From: Eledone cirrhosa
Taxonomy: Eukaryota
Direction of reading: 5' to 3'
Assembly (NCBI GenBank): GCA_964016885.1
Contig: OZ024743.1
Location: 365,056,001-365,120,000 of the forward strand
Length of the DNA: 64,000 bases
The notes under the pieces are model-generated. The model did no database searches. It saw nothing but the letters and a program-made list of their open reading frames with translations, and was not told the origin of the DNA. Of this stretch, positions 26,445-40,699 are shown piece by piece. Both the position numbers and the translations under genes were made by a program. The stretch's first letter is position 1. Each line of letters opens with the position of its first letter.

Positions 26445-27480
26445 TGATTGTTGTACTAGAAATGATGATTGTGATGATGATGGCGGTAATGGTGGTGATG
26501 GTGGTTATGGTGATGATGATGGTGATGATAGTGGTAATGGTAGTGATGGTGATGGTGATGATGGTGGTAATGATAGGGATGGTGATGGTGATGATGGTGG
26601 TAATGATAGGGATGGTGATGGTGATGATGGTGGTAATGATAGGGATGGTGATGGTGATGATGGTGGTAATGATAGGGATGGTGATGGTGATGATGGTGGT
26701 AATGATAGGGATGGTGATGGTGATGATGGTGGTAATGATAGGGATGGTGATGGTGATGATGGTGGTAATGATAGGGATGGTGATGGTGATGATGGTGGTA
26801 ATGATAGGGATGGTGATGGTGATGAATATGAACAGGCTGATGATAATGAGGATGATGATAATGATGATGATGGCTATAGTGATTGTGATGATGATGGTGA
26901 TGATGATGGTGGTGATGATGGTGATAATGATGGTGGTGGTGGTGGTGGTGGTGATAATGATGGTGGTGATGATGATGATAATGATGGTGGTGGTGATAAT
27001 GATGATGGTGATGATGATGATAATGATGGTGGTGATGATGATGATAATGATGATGGTGATGATGATGATAATGATGGTGGTGGTGGTGGTGATAATGATG
27101 GTGGTGATGATGATGATAATGATGATGGTGATGATGATGATAATGATGGTGGTGATGATGATGATAATGATGGTGGTGGTGGTGGTGATAATGATGGTGG
27201 TGATGATGATGATAATGATGGTGGTGATGATGATGATAATGATGGTGGTGGTGGTGGTGATAATGATGGTGGTGATGATGATGATGATAATGATGGTGGT
27301 GATGATGATGATAATGATGATGGTGATGATGATGATAATGATGGTGGTGATGATGATGATAATGATGGTGGTGGTGGTGGTGATAATGATGGTGGTGATG
27401 ATGATGATGATAATGATGGTGGTGATGATGATGATAATGATGATGATGATGATAATGGTGGTGGTGGTGGTGGTGGTGGA
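26445..27480. repeat. (GAT/GGT)n mosaic including a 33-bp unit x8
   Basis: ggtggtaatgatagggatggtgatggtgatgat repeated ~26563-26823. Confidence 0.95.
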
Positions 27481-27709
27481 GGGAGCACTGATATTATAGT
27501 GGAATGTCGATAAAGAAAGTTAGAGAGAGGAGAGAAGAAGGAAGTGAGAAGGTGATTGGAGAGTTTGGTGTAAAGTTTGCTGGAGCTATCAATTCCACTC
27601 CATTTCTGTTGCAGTGAACAACACAGATATATTCTCGTGAGAACTAGCGTAGCTTTGGACAGCACAGCCATTTTGTCTTCTATACATTGTCTTTATATAT
27701 ATGTATATA

Positions 27710-29100
27710 TGTGTTTGGGTACGTGTGTGTGTGTCGGAGGGGGAGGGGGTGCATGTGTGTGTGTGTGTGTGGAGGAGGGTGCATGTGTGTGTTGCGTGTG
27801 TGTGGGTGTATGTGTGTGGGATGTTTGTGTACGTGTACGTGTGGGGGGCGGTGCATGTGTGTGTATATGGAAGGGGGTGCATGTGTGTATGTGGAGGGAG
27901 GGGGTGGGGGTGCATGTGTGTGTGTGGGGGTGTGGTCGTGTGGGGGTGTGTGTGTGTGTGGGGGGTTGTGTACGTGTACGCGTGTGTGTGGTGGTGGTGG
28001 TGATGGGTGTGTGTGGTGCATGTGTGTGTATGTGGATGGGGGAGGGTGCATGTGTGTGTATGTGGAGGGAGGTGCATGTGTGTGTGGCGTGTAGGTGTGT
28101 GTGTGTGTGTGTGCGTGTGTGTGGGGTGCATGTGTGTGTGGGGGCGTGTGTGTGTGTATGTGGGGTGTTTGTGTACATGTGTGTGTGGGGGTGGGTGCAT
28201 GTATGTGTGTGGGTTTGCGTGTGTGTGTATGTGTGTTTGTGTACGTGTGTTTGTGTACGTGTGTATTTGTGTGTGTGTATGTGTGTGCGTGTGTGTGTGT
28301 ATGTGTTTGTGTACGTGTTTGTGTATATATGTGTGTGTGGGGGTGCATGTGTGTGGGGCGTGTGTGCGCGCGTGTGTGTATGTGTGCGTGTGCGTGTGTG
28401 CGTGTGTGCATGTGTATGTGTGTTTGCGTGTGTGTGTGTATGTGTGTTTGTGTACGCGTGGGTGTGTGTGTATGTGTGTTAGTGTACGTGTGTGTGTGTG
28501 TGTATGACTGTGTGTGCGTGTGTGGTTGTATGTGAATGTGTGTATAAATGTGTGTATGTGCATGTGTGTATTTGAGTGCGTGTGTATTTTTGTGTACATT
28601 GTGTGTGTAACTGTGTGTGTGTGTGTGTGTTTATCTGTATGTGTCAGTAGTTGTTTGAGTATGACTGCGTGTGAGTGTGTATATTTGAATGTGTGTGTAG
28701 TTGTGTTTAAGTGTTTATCTGTATATGTGAGTATTAGTAAGTGTGTGTGTGCACATCTGTGTGTGAATGTTCATCTGTATATGTTAGGAGTAGTGTGTGT
28801 GTGTGTAGATAAGTGTGAGTATGCGTGTGTATTTGTGTATTTGTCTATGGGTGTATTGTGTATTTGTGTACGTGCGTTTGTGTGTATGTGTGCATGTGTG
28901 TATTTGGGTACGTGTGCATTTGTGTGTGTGAGTGTGGATGTGTATGAGTGGGTGTACGTGGATGTGTATGTGTGTATGTGAGAGAGAAAGAGAGTGTGTC
29001 TGTATATGTTAGTGCGTGAGAGTTTATCTGCATGTGTGAGCGTGTGCATATCTTTGTGTGTGTATGCTTGTGTGTGTGTCTTTTTATGCGCCTGTGTGTG
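27710..29100. repeat. Degenerate (GT)n low-complexity tract
   Basis: Directly visible. Confidence 0.95.
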
Positions 29101-32100
29101 TGTGAGTGTAACTGTGTGTATCTATGTGTGTGTGTGTGTGATTGTAACTGTGTATCTATGTGTGTGTGTGTGTGTGAGTGTAACTGTGTGTATCTATGTG
29201 CGTGTGTGTGTGAGTGTAACTGTGTGTATCTATAGATGTGTATGTGTGAGTGTAACTGTGTATCTATGTGTGTGTGTGTGTGAGTGTAACTGTGTATCTA
29301 TGGATGTGTGTGTGTGTGATTGTAACTGTGTATCTATGGATGTGTGTGTGTGATTGTAACTGTGTATCTATGGATGTGTGTGTGTGATTGTAACTGTGTA
29401 TCTATGGATGTGTGTGTGTGAGTGTAACTGTGTGTATCTATGGATGTGTGTGTGTGAGTGTAACTGTGTGTATCTATGGATGTGTGTGTGTGAGTGTAAC
29501 TGTGTATCTATGGATGTGTGTGTGTGTGATTGTAACTGTGTATCTATGGATGTGTGTGTGTGATTGTAACTGTGTGTATCTATGGATGTGTGTGTGTGAG
29601 TGTAACTGTGTGTATCTATGGATGTGTGTGTGTGAGTGTAACTGTGTGTATCTATGGATGTGTGTGTGTGAGTGTAACTGTGTATCTATGGATGTGTGTG
29701 TGTGTGATTGTAACTGTGTATCTATGGATGTGTGTGTGTGAGTGTAACTGTGTGTATCTATGGATGTGTGTGGGTGAGTGTAACTGTGTATCTATGGATG
29801 TGTGTGTGTGATTGTAACTGTGTGTATCTATGGATGTGTGTGTGTGATTGTAACTGTGTATCTATGTGTGTGTGTGTGAGTGTAACTGTGTATCTATGGA
29901 TGTGTGTGTGTGAGTGTAACTGTGTATCTATGGATGTGTGTGTGTGATTGTAACTGTGTGTATCTATGGATGTGTGTGTGTGATTGTAACTGTGTATCTA
30001 TGTGTGTGTGTGTGAGTGTAACTGTGTATCTATGGATGTGTGTGTGTGAGTGTAACTGTGTATCTATGGATGTGTGTGTGTGATTGTAACTGTGTGTATC
30101 TATGGATGTGTGTGTGTGATTGTAACTGTGTATCTATGTGTGTGTGTGTGAGTGTAACTGTGTATCTATGGATGTGTGTGTGTGAGTGTAACTGTGTGTA
30201 TCTATGGATGTGTGTGTGTGAGTGAGTGTAACTGTGTGTATCTATGTGTGTGTGTGTGAGTGTAACTGTGTATCTATGTGTGTGTGTGTGAGTGTAACTG
30301 TGTATCTATGGATGTGTGTGTGTGAGTGTAACTGTGTATCTATGTGTGTGTGTGTGAGTGTAACTGTGTATCTATGGATGTGTGTGTGTGATTGTAACTG
30401 TGTGTATCTATGGATGTGTGTGTGTGATTGTAACTGTGTATCTATGTGTGTGTGTGTGAGTGTAACTGTGTATCTATGGATGTGTGTGTGTGAGTGTAAC
30501 TGTGTGTATCTATGGATGTGTGTGTGTGAGTGAGTGTAACTGTGTGTATCTATGTGTGTGTGTGTGAGTGTAACTGTGTATCTATGTGTGTGTGTGTGTA
30601 TGTAACTGTGTATCTATGTGTGTGTGTGTGATTGTAACTGTGTATCTATGGATGTGTGTGTGTGAGTGTAACTGTGTGTATCTATGGATGTGTGTGTGTG
30701 TGAGTGTAACTGTGTATCTATGGATGTGTGTGTGTGAGTGTAACTGTGTATCTATGGATGTGTGTGTGTGAGTGTAACTGTGTGTATCTATGGATGTGTG
30801 TGTGTGAGTGTAACTGTGTATCTATAGATGTGTGTGTGTGAGTGTAACTGTGTATCTATGGATGTGTGTGTGTGAGTGTAACTGTGTGTATCTATGGATG
30901 TGTGTGTGTGAGTGTAACTGTGTATCTATGTGTGTGTGTGTGATTGTAACTGTGTATCTATGGATGTGTGTGTGTGAGTGTAACTGTGTATCTATGTGTG
31001 TGTGTGTGAGTGTAACTGTGTATCTATGGATGTGTGTGTGTGAGTGTAACTGTGTATCTATGGATGTGTATGTGTGAGTGTAACTGTGTATCTATGTGTG
31101 TGTGTGTGATTGTAACTGTGTGTATCTATGGATGTGTGTGTGTGAGTGTAACTGTGTGTATCTATGGATGTGTGTGTGTGTGAGTGTAACTGTGTATCTA
31201 TGGATGTGTGTGTGTGAGTGTAACTGTGTGTATCTATGGATGTGTGTGTGTGAGTGTAACTGTGTATCTATGTGTGTGTGTGTGATTGTAACTGTGTATC
31301 TATGTGTGTGTGTGTGAGTGTAACTGTGTGTATCTATGGATGTGTGTGTGTGTGAGTGTAACTGTGTGTATCTATAGATGTGTGTGTGTGAGTGTAACTG
31401 TGTGTATCTATGGATGTGTGTGTGTGTGAGTGTAACTGTGTGTATCTATGGATGTGTGTGTGTGAGTGTAACTGTGTGTATCTATGGATGTGTGTGTGTG
31501 AGTGTAACTGTGTATCTATGGATGTGTGTGTGTATGTAACTGTGTGTATCTATGTGTGTGTGTGTGTGATTGTAACTGTGTATCTATGTGTGTGTGTGTG
31601 TGTATGTAACTGTGTGTATCTATGGATGTGTGTGTGTGAGTGTAACTGTGTATCTATGTGTGTGTGTGTGTGTGAGTGTAACTGTGTGTATCTATGGATG
31701 TGTGTGTGTGAGTGTAACTGTGTATCTATGGATGTGTGTGTGTGTGTGAGTGTAACTGTGTATCTATGGATGTGTGTGTGTGTGTGAGTGTAACTGTGTG
31801 TATCTATGAATGTGTGTGTGTGATTGTAACTGTGTATCTATGTGTGTGTGTGTGAGTGTAACTGTGTATCTATGGATGTGTGTGTGTGAGTGTAACTGTG
31901 TATCTATGGATGTGTGTGTGTGAGTGTAACTGTGTATCTATGTGTGTGTGTGTGTGTGAGTGTAACTGTGTGTATCTATGGATGTGTGTGTGTGATTGTA
32001 ACTGTGTATCTATGGATGTGTGTGTGTGTGTGAGTGTAACTGTGTATCTATGGATGTGTGTGTGTGTGTGAGTGTAACTGTGTGTATCTATGAATGTGTG

Positions 32101-34110
32101 TGTGTGATTGTAACTGTGTATCTATGTGTGTGTGTGTGAGTGTAACTGTGTATCTATGGATGTGTGTGTGTGTGTGAGTGTAACTGTGTATCTATGGATG
32201 TGTGTGTGTGATTGTAACTGTGTATCTATGGATGTGTGTGTGTGAGTGTAACTGTGTATCTATGTGTGTGTGTGTGTGTGAGTGTAACTGTGTGTATCTA
32301 TGGATGTGTGTGTGTGATTGTAACTGTGTATCTATGGATGTGTGTGTGTGTGTGAGTGTAACTGTGTATCTATGGATGTGTGTGTGTGTGTGAGTGTAAC
32401 TGTGTGTATCTATGAATGTGTGTGTGTGATTGTAACTGTGTATCTATGTGTGTGTGTGTGAGTGTAACTGTGTATCTATGGATGTGTGTGTGTGTGATTG
32501 TAACTGTGTATCTATGTGTGTGTGTGTGAGTGTAACTGTGTATCTATGGATGTGTGTGTGTGATTGTAACTGTGTATCTATGGATGTGTGTGTGTGTATG
32601 TAACTGTGTGTATCTATGTGTGTGTGTGTGAGTGTAACTGTGTGTATCTATAGATGTGTATGTGTGAGTGTAACTGTGTATCTATGTGTGTGTGTGTGAG
32701 TGTAACTGTGTATCTATGGATGTGTGTGTGTGATTGTAACTGTGTATCTATGGATGTGTGTGTGTGTATGTAACTGTGTGTATCTATGGATGTGTGTGTG
32801 TGAGTGTAACTGTGTATCTATGGATGTGTGTGTGTGAGTGTAACTGTGTATCTATGGATGTGTGTGTGTGTGTGAGTGTAACTGTGTGTATCTATGGATG
32901 TGTGTGTGTGATTGTAACTGTGTATCTATGTGTGTGTGTGTGAGTGTAACTGTGTGTATCTATGGATGTGTGTGTGTGATTGTAACTGAATATCTATGTG
33001 TGTGTGTGTATGTGTGTGTGAGTGTAACTGTGTATCTATGTGTGTGTGTGTGATTGTAACTGTGTATCTATGTGTGTGTGTGTGTGTGAGTGTAACTGTG
33101 TGTATCTATGGATGTGTGTGTGTGATTGTAACTGTGTATCTATGGATGTGTGTGTGTGTGTGAGTGTAACTGTGTGTATCTATGGATGTGTGTGTGTGAT
33201 TGTAACTGTGTATCTATGGATGTGTGTGTGTGTGTGAGTGTAACTGTGTGTATCTATGGATGTGTGTGTGTGAGTGTAACTGTGTATCTATGGATGTGTG
33301 TGTGTGATTGTAACTGTGTATCTATGTGTGTGTGTGTGTGTATGTAACTGTGTGTATCTATGGATGTGTGTGTGTGAGTGTAACTGTGTATCTATGGATG
33401 TGTGTGTGTGTGTGAGTGTAACTGTGTGTATCTATGGATGTGTGTGTCTGAGTGTAACTGTGTGTATCTATGGATGTGTGTGTGTGAGTGTAACTGTGTG
33501 TATCTATGGATGTGTGTGTGTGAGTGTAACTGTGTGTATCTATGGATGTGTGTGTGTGAGTGTAACTGTGTATCTATGGATGTGTGTGTGTGTGTGAGTG
33601 TAACTGTGTGTATCTATGGATGTGTGTGTGTGATTGTAACTGTGTATCTATGGATGTGTGTGTGTGTGTGTGAGTGTAACTGTGTGTATCTATGGATGTG
33701 TGTGTGTGATTGTAACTGAATATCTATGTGTGTGTGTGTATGTGTGTGTGAGTGTAACTGTGTATCTATGTGTGTGTGTGTGATTGTAACTGTGTATCTA
33801 TGTGTGTGTGTGTGTGTGTAACTGTGTGTATCTATGGATGTGTGTGTGTGAGTGTAACTGTGTATCTATGTGTGTGTGTGTGTGTGTGTGAGTGTAACTG
33901 TGTGTATCTTTGTGTGTCTGTGTGTGTGTGAGTGTAACTGTGTGTATCTATGGATGTGTGTGTGTGAGTGTAACTGAATATCTATGTGTGTGTGTGTGTG
34001 TGTGAGTGTAACTGTAACTGTGTGTATCTATGTGTGTGTGTGTGTGTGAGTGTAACTGTGTATCTATGTGTGTGTGTGAGTATAACTGTGTATCTATGTG
34101 TGTGTGTGTC
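29100..34110. repeat. ~5-kb minisatellite, ~30-40-bp unit ga(g/t)tgtaactgtg(tg)tatctat(gga)(tg)n
   Basis: Invariant tgtaactgtg and tatctat anchors with variable GT runs. Confidence 0.97.
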
Positions 34111-34449
34111 TACTGTATCTGTTAATGTAACCATTAACAAAACAGTAATAGTAAGAGGGGTGTTGATGCAGCAAGGCTCATGGTGGGTAGGGATGTGGGT
34201 AGGTAAGGTGGGTGGGTGGGTAGGTGGGTAGGTAAGGTGGTAGGGTAGGTGGTAGGGTAGGTGGTGGGTGGGTAGGCGGGTGGGAACAGAGTGAGAAGGG
34301 AGAGGCGAGTGAGACAGGGTAGGGGTAGAAGACGAAATTAATAGCCATGAAAGGAGGGCGACATTAGTGTTTGACAACAAGGTTAGTGACGAGGATGATG
34401 ATGATGATGAAGATGGCGCCGACGAGTACGGCAATAATAGTAATGACGA

Positions 34450-34576
34450 TAATTGTTTCTATTTTAGGCACAAGGCCAGCAATTAGCCAGTGTATTACTG
34501 GTACTTTATTTTATCGACCCCGTAAGGATGAAAGGCAAAGTTAACCTCGGAGGGATTTGAACTCAGATCATAAAGG
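34450..34576 (-). mobile_element. OK-type SINE fragment
   Basis: tactggtactttattttatcgaccccgtaaggatgaaaggcaaagttaacctcggagggatttgaactcaga. Confidence 0.85.
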
Positions 34577-34960
34577 ATGACGATAATGACGACGATAATG
34601 ACGATGATATTGAAGATGATTGATGGTGGTGAAGACGATAATGATGATGACGATAATGATGATGATGGTGGTGTTGAAGATGATGATAATGATGATGGTG
34701 ATGGTGGTGATAAGGATGATGATGGTGGTGTTGAAGATGATGATAATGATGATGGTGATGGTGGTGATAACGATGATGATGGTGGTGTTGAAGATGATGA
34801 TAATGATGATGGTGATGGTGGTGATAAGGATGATGACGGCAATAGTGCTGCTGCTGATGATGATAAGAAAGATGAAGGTGATGATGACGATGATGATAAT
34901 TATTATGACGACAATGAAGACGGTGATAATGATGATGATCAAGATCCTCACGATAAAGAT
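34577..34960. repeat. (GAT)n mosaic
   Basis: Directly visible. Confidence 0.93.
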
Positions 34961-34964
34961 TATT

Positions 34965-35200
34965 ATTGGATTGGCAGTATCGGTAGAGGGTCGGACGCCA
35001 TGCTTTGACGCATAGAGTTACGGCCCTTTCCATTCTGAGTTCAAATCCCGCAGAGGTTAACTTTGCCTTTCATCCTTACGGAGTTGATAAAATAAAGTAC
35101 CAGTCACGCACTGGGGTCGACTTAATCGACTTTCCCCTCCCCCAAAATTGCTGGCCTTGTGCCTATATAAGAAACCCTTATTATTATTATTATTATTATA
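34965..35200 (+). mobile_element. Near full-length OK-type SINE with (TAT)n tail
   Basis: ggattggcagtatcggtagag...ttctgagttcaaatccc...ctttgcctttcatccttacggagttgataaaataaagtaccag...tattattat. Confidence 0.9.
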
Positions 35201-35287
35201 TTGATGATGATGACAATGAAGATAATGAAGACGACAATGTTACTACAATCAATACCCATGACACCATATTTACAACCACGCCTCTAT

Positions 35288-35810
35288 CCACCACCACCAC
35301 CACCACCACCACCACCACCACCACCACCACCACCACCACCACCACCACCACCACCACCACCAACCATCACCACCACCACCACCACCACCACCACCACCAC
35401 CACCACCACCACCACCACCACCACCACCACCACCACCACCACCACCACCACCACCACCACCACCACCACCACCACCACCACCACCACCACCACCACCACC
35501 ACCACCACCACCACCACCACCACCACCACCAACCATCACCACCACCACCACCACCACCACCACCACCACCACCACCACCACCACCACCAACCATCACCAC
35601 CATCACCATCCACCACCACCACCACCACCACCACCACCACCACCACCACCACCACCATCACCACCACCACCACCACCACCACCACCACAACCACCACCAC
35701 CACCACCACCAACACCACCATCACCACCACCACCATCACCACCACCACCACCACCACCACCACCAACCATCACCACCATTACCACCACCACCACCACCAT
35801 CACCACCACC
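35288..35810. repeat. (CAC)n microsatellite
   Basis: Directly visible. Confidence 0.97.
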
Positions 35811-36296
35811 AGACGAGCCGGTCTTGGGCGGAACTCTTCATTATAGGCCGAGTTAACCGATGCCGAACTAGGGCTAAACAACAACAGTAACAACAACCAG
35901 CTATGCTAAAGGCACGCAAGGGCCATGTGTTGGTGTTAAACTGGGTGAAGCCACGGCACGATTTGAACTCAGAACACAAATTGGGAGGCTTTTGATCATT
36001 GGTCTGCTCAAACAGGGATAATCAGGCGCAGAATGGATCTATTCTGGATTTCCATTCCTTTTTATGATGACATGGTGGGAAATTTAGCTATCATTTTTAG
36101 CTGATGAAGCAAACGCGGAAGTTGTTTTCTCATTTCTTCCAGAAGCAAACTCTAGCCCGCAGTTTTTATACTTATAACTATCTGTAAACAGATATCTAAA
36201 ACAATACAGAACTCTAACAATATGCCATGAACAGAACGGCTCCCACTCAGTGCAAATAGATTTGGATCCTCCGTTGGTCTCAACGATGAATATTCA

Positions 36297-36489
36297 AGGG
36301 TGGTGAATTGGCTGACGCGTAAAACATTGAATAAAATACCCCACGGTATTTTCTCCAGAATTCTGAGTTCAAATCTCATCGAAGTCAATAAATAAAGTAC
36401 CATTTTAAGGTGGTGGATTGCTGGAATCAATAGAGCACTTGACAGGATGTCTCGTGGTATTTTTTCTGGCTGTTTGTGTTCTTAGTTCA
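36297..36489 (+). mobile_element. Two truncated SINE 5' heads
   Basis: ggtggtgaattggc...ttctgagttcaaat...aataaagtacca; ggtggtggattgctggaatc...gttcttagttca. Confidence 0.6.
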
Positions 36490-36657
36490 GCAACAACAAC
36501 AATAAATACAGCAACAACAAGCACAACAACAACAATAACAAGTACTACAACAACAAAAACAGCAACAAGTTCAGCAACAACAAAAACAGCAACAAGCACA
36601 ACAACAATAACAAGTACAACAACAACAACATCAACAACAAGTACAACAACAAGAAGT

Positions 36658-36688
<31 letters not shown>

Positions 36689-36906
36689 GTACAGCAACAA
36701 CAGCAAAAACAGGTACAACAACAAGTACAACAACAACAAGTGCAATAACAACAGCAACAACAAGTACAACAAGTACAACAACAACAACAAGTACTACAAC
36801 AACAACAAGTACAACAACAATAACAACAACGACAAGTACAACAGCAACAACAAGTACAACAACAACAAAAACAAGTACAACAACAACAGCAACAAGTACA
36901 ACAGCA
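36490..36906. repeat. (ACA)n mosaic with acaagt interruptions
   Basis: Directly visible. Confidence 0.93.
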
Positions 36907-36977
36907 ATTGTAAATGAAAGTGACACGATCTCTTAAAAATAAATATATTAAGTAATGTCAACATTTCTCATTTTTCT

Positions 36978-38280
36978 GTGGTGGTGGTGTGGTGGTGGTG
37001 GTGATGGTGGTAGTGATGGTGGTGGGTGTGGGGGTGTGGTGTGGTGCTGGTGGTGTGCTTGTGGTGGTGTGGTGGTGTGGTGGTGGTGGTGTGATGGTGT
37101 GTTAGTGGTGGTGTGGTGGTGTGGTGGTGGTGTGGTGATGGTGGTGTGGTGGTAGTGGTGTGGTGGTGTGGTGGTGGTGGTGGTGGTCATGTGGGGGTGG
37201 TGTGGTTGTGGTGGTGTGGTGGTGTGGTGGTAGTGGTGTGGTGGTGGTGGTGGTGTGGTGGTGTTGGTGGTAGTATTGTGGTGGTGTGGTGGTGTGTTGG
37301 TGGTAGTGGTGGTGTTGGTGGTAGTGAGGTGGCGGTGGTGTGGTGGTGATGTGCGGTTGTGGTGGTGGTGGTGGTGGTAGTGGTGGTGATGGTGGTGGTG
37401 GTTGTGATTGTGTGGTGGTGGTGGTGTGGTGGTGGTGGTGGTGTGGTGGTGGTGGTGTGGTGGTGTGGTGGTGGTGAGGTGGTGGAGGTGGTGGTGTGAT
37501 GCTGGTGGTGATGGTGGTGGTGATGGTGGTTGTGGTGGTGGTGGTGGTCTTGGGTAGTGGTGTGGTGGTGGTGGTGTGATAGTGGTGGTGATGGTGGTGT
37601 ACTGGCGAGGGTGTGGTGGTGGTGTGCTGGTGGTGGTGTGGTGGTGGTGTGCTGGGGGTGGTGTTGTTGGGTGGTGTTGTGGTTGTGGTTTTGATGGTAT
37701 GGTGGTGATGGTGGTGGTTGTGGTTGTGTTGGTGTGGTGCTGTTGTGGTTTTGGTGGTCTTGGTGGTGGTGGTGGTGAGGTGGTGATGGTGGTGTTGGTG
37801 TGGTGGTGGTGGTGTGGCGGTACTGGTGGAGGTGGGTGTGGTGGTGTTGGTGGTGGTGGTGGTGTTGGTGTTATGTTTGTGGTGTTGCGATGTGGTGGTG
37901 GTGGTGGTGTGGTGGTGTGGTAGTACTGGTAGTGTTGGTGTTGTGGTGTTGTGGGGTGGCGGGGTGGCGTTAAGGTGGGGTGGTTGGCTGGTGGTGTTGG
38001 TGTGGTGGTGGTGGTGGTGGTGGTGCTGGTGCTGGTGGGGCGAGTGGTGGTGTTGTATTGGTAGTGGTAGTGGTTGCGGTGTGGCGGTGGTGATGCTGGT
38101 AGTGGTGGCGGTGTGGGCGTGGTGTGGTGGTGTTGTGGTGGTAATGGTAATGGTGGTGGTGGTGCTGGTGTGGTGGTGGTGTGGTGGTGGCGTGGTGGTG
38201 TGGTGTTTGTGATTGTGGTGGTGTGGTGGCGGTGTGGTGTCGTGGTGTTTGTGGGGGTGATAGTGGTGGTGGTGGATGTG
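36978..38280. repeat. (GGT)n/(GGTGT)n degenerate tract
   Basis: Directly visible. Confidence 0.93.
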
Positions 38281-38378
38281 TGTGCCTGAATGTGTGTGTA
38301 TTTTTGTGAGAATATGTGTGTATGTGTATCTTAATGAATGAGTGTGTGAGATATGTGTAGTATGTGTGTGTGCGTGTG

Positions 38379-40320
38379 TGGTATAGCGTGTGTGTGTGCA
38401 TTTGTAGGTTTGCGTATTTGGGTGTGTGTGTGTATGTGTGTGTGGTATAGCGTGTGTGTGTATTTGTAGGTTTGCGTATTTGGGTGTGTGTGTGTATGTG
38501 TGTGTGGTATAGCGTGTGTGTGTGTATTTGTAGGTTTGCGTATTTGGGTGTGTGTGTGTATGTGTGTGTGTATGTGTGTGTGGTATAGCGTGTGTGTGTG
38601 TATTTGTAGGTTTGCGTATTTGGGTGTGTGTGTGTATGTGTGTGTGTATGTGTGTGTGGGATAGCGTGTGTGTCTGTGTTTGTAGGTTTGCGTATTTGTG
38701 TGTGTGTGTGTGTATGTGTGTGTGTGTGTATGTGTGTGTGGTATAACGTGTGTGTGTGCATTTGTAGGTTTGTGTATTTGGGTGTGTGTGTCTATGTGTG
38801 TGTGTGTGTATGTGTGTGTGGTATAACGTGTGTGTGTGCATTTGTAGGTTTGTGTATTTGGGTGTGTGTGTCTATGTGTGTGTGTGTGTGTATGTGTGTG
38901 TGGTATAGCGTGTGTGTGTGCATTTGTAGGTTTGCGTATTTGGGTGTGTGTGTGTATGTGTGTGTGTGTGTATGTGTGTGTGGTATAACGTGTGTGTGTG
39001 CATTTGTAGGTTTGCGTATTTGGGTGTGTGTGTGTATGTGTGTGTGTGTGTATGTGTGTGTGGTATAGCGTGTGTGTGTGCATTTGTAGGTTTGCGTATT
39101 TGGGTGTGTGTGTGTATGTGTGTGTGTGTGTATGTGTGTGTGGTATAACGTGTGTGTGTGCATTTGTAGGTTTGCGTATTTGGGTGTGTGTGTGTATGTG
39201 TGTGTGTGTGTATGTGTGTGTGGTATAGCGTGTGTGTGTGCATTTGTAGGTTTGCGTATTTGGGTGTGTGTGTGTATGTGTGTGTGTGTGTATGTGTGTG
39301 TGGTATAACGTGTGTGTGTGCATTTGTAGGTTTGCGTATTTGGGTGTGTGTGTGTATGTGTGTGTGTGTGTATGTGTGTGTGGTATAACGTGTGTGTGTG
39401 CATTTGTAGGTTTGCGTATTTGGGTGTGTGTGTGTATGTGTGTGTGTGTGTATGTGTGTGTGGTATAGCGTGTGTGTGTGCATTTGTAGGTTTGCGTATT
39501 TGGGTGTGTGTGTGTATGTGTGTGTGTGTGTATGTGTGTGTGGTATAACGTGTGTGTGTGCATTTGTAGGTTTGCGTATTTGGGTGTGTGTGTGTATGTG
39601 TGTGTGTGTGTATGTGTGTGTGGTATAGCGTGTGTGTGTGCATTTGTAGGTTTGCGTATTTGGGTGTGTGTGTGTATGTGTGTGTGTGTGTATGTGTGTG
39701 TGGTATAACGTGTGTGTGTGCATTTGTAGGTTTGCGTATTTGGGTGTGTGTGTGTATGTGTGTGTGTGTGTATGTGTGTGTGGTATAGCGTGTGTGTGTG
39801 CATTTGTAGGTTTGCGTATTTGGGTGTGTGTGTGTATGTGTGTGTGTGTGTATGTGTGTGTGGTATAACGTGTGTGTGTGCATTTGTAGGTTTGCGTATT
39901 TGGGTGTGTGTGTGTATGTGTGTGTGTGTGTATGTGTGTGTGGTATAACGTGTGTGTGTGCATTTGTAGGTTTGCGTATTTGGGTGTGTGTGTGTATGTG
40001 TGTGTGTGTGTATGTGTGTGTGGTATAGCGTGTGTGTGTGCATTTGTAGGTTTGCGTATTTGGGTGTGTGTGTGTATGTGTGTGTGTGTGTATGTGTGTG
40101 TGGTATAACGTGTGTGTGTGCATTTGTAGGTTTGCGTATTTGGGTGTGTGTGTGTATGTGTGTGTGTGTGTATGTGTGTGTGGTATAACGTGTGTGTGTG
40201 CATTTGTAGGTTTGCGTATTTGGGTGTGTGTGTGTATGTGTGTGTGTGTGTATGTGTATGTGTGTGTGGTATAGCGTGTGTGTGTGTGTTTGTAGGTTTG
40301 CGTATTTGGGTGTGTGTGTG
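38379..40320. repeat. 80-bp minisatellite (17 regular copies 38901-40260 plus ragged edges)
   Basis: tggtata(g/a)cg(tg)5catttgtaggtttgcgtatttggg... at exact 80-bp spacing. Confidence 0.97.
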
Positions 40321-40699
40321 TATGTGTATGTGTGTGTGTGTGGTGTAAACAGTGTATCTGGGTTGAATGTTGGGGTAGGCCTGGGTGTCTGGGTGTTTGT
40401 GGGTGTGTGGTATAGTGAGGGGTGTTTGTCGTGTGTGGTTGTGTGTGTATGTGTGTGTATGTGTGTGTATGTGTGTCTGTGTGTCTGTGTGTGTCTGGGT
40501 GTCTGGGTGTGTGTGGGTGTGGTATAGTGAGGGGTGTGTGTGGGTGTGGTATAGTGAGGGGTGTGTGTGGGTGTGGTATAGTGAGGGGTGTGTGTGGGTG
40601 TGGTATAGTGAGGGGTGTTTGTCGTGTGTGGTTGTGTAGTGAGGTGTGGTGCGGTGTGTGCTGAATGTAGCGATGTGTGATTGATGTGGTAGTGTGTAT

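Noticed and set aside
26410-27513. Asp/Gly-rich acidic biomineralisation-like protein
   Set aside because: (GAT/GGT)n mosaic with other frames equally open; no signal peptide or splice evidence
36418-36936. Apparent signal peptide plus Thr-rich mucin-like ORF
   Set aside because: The N-terminus is a SINE head and the remainder is (ACA)n
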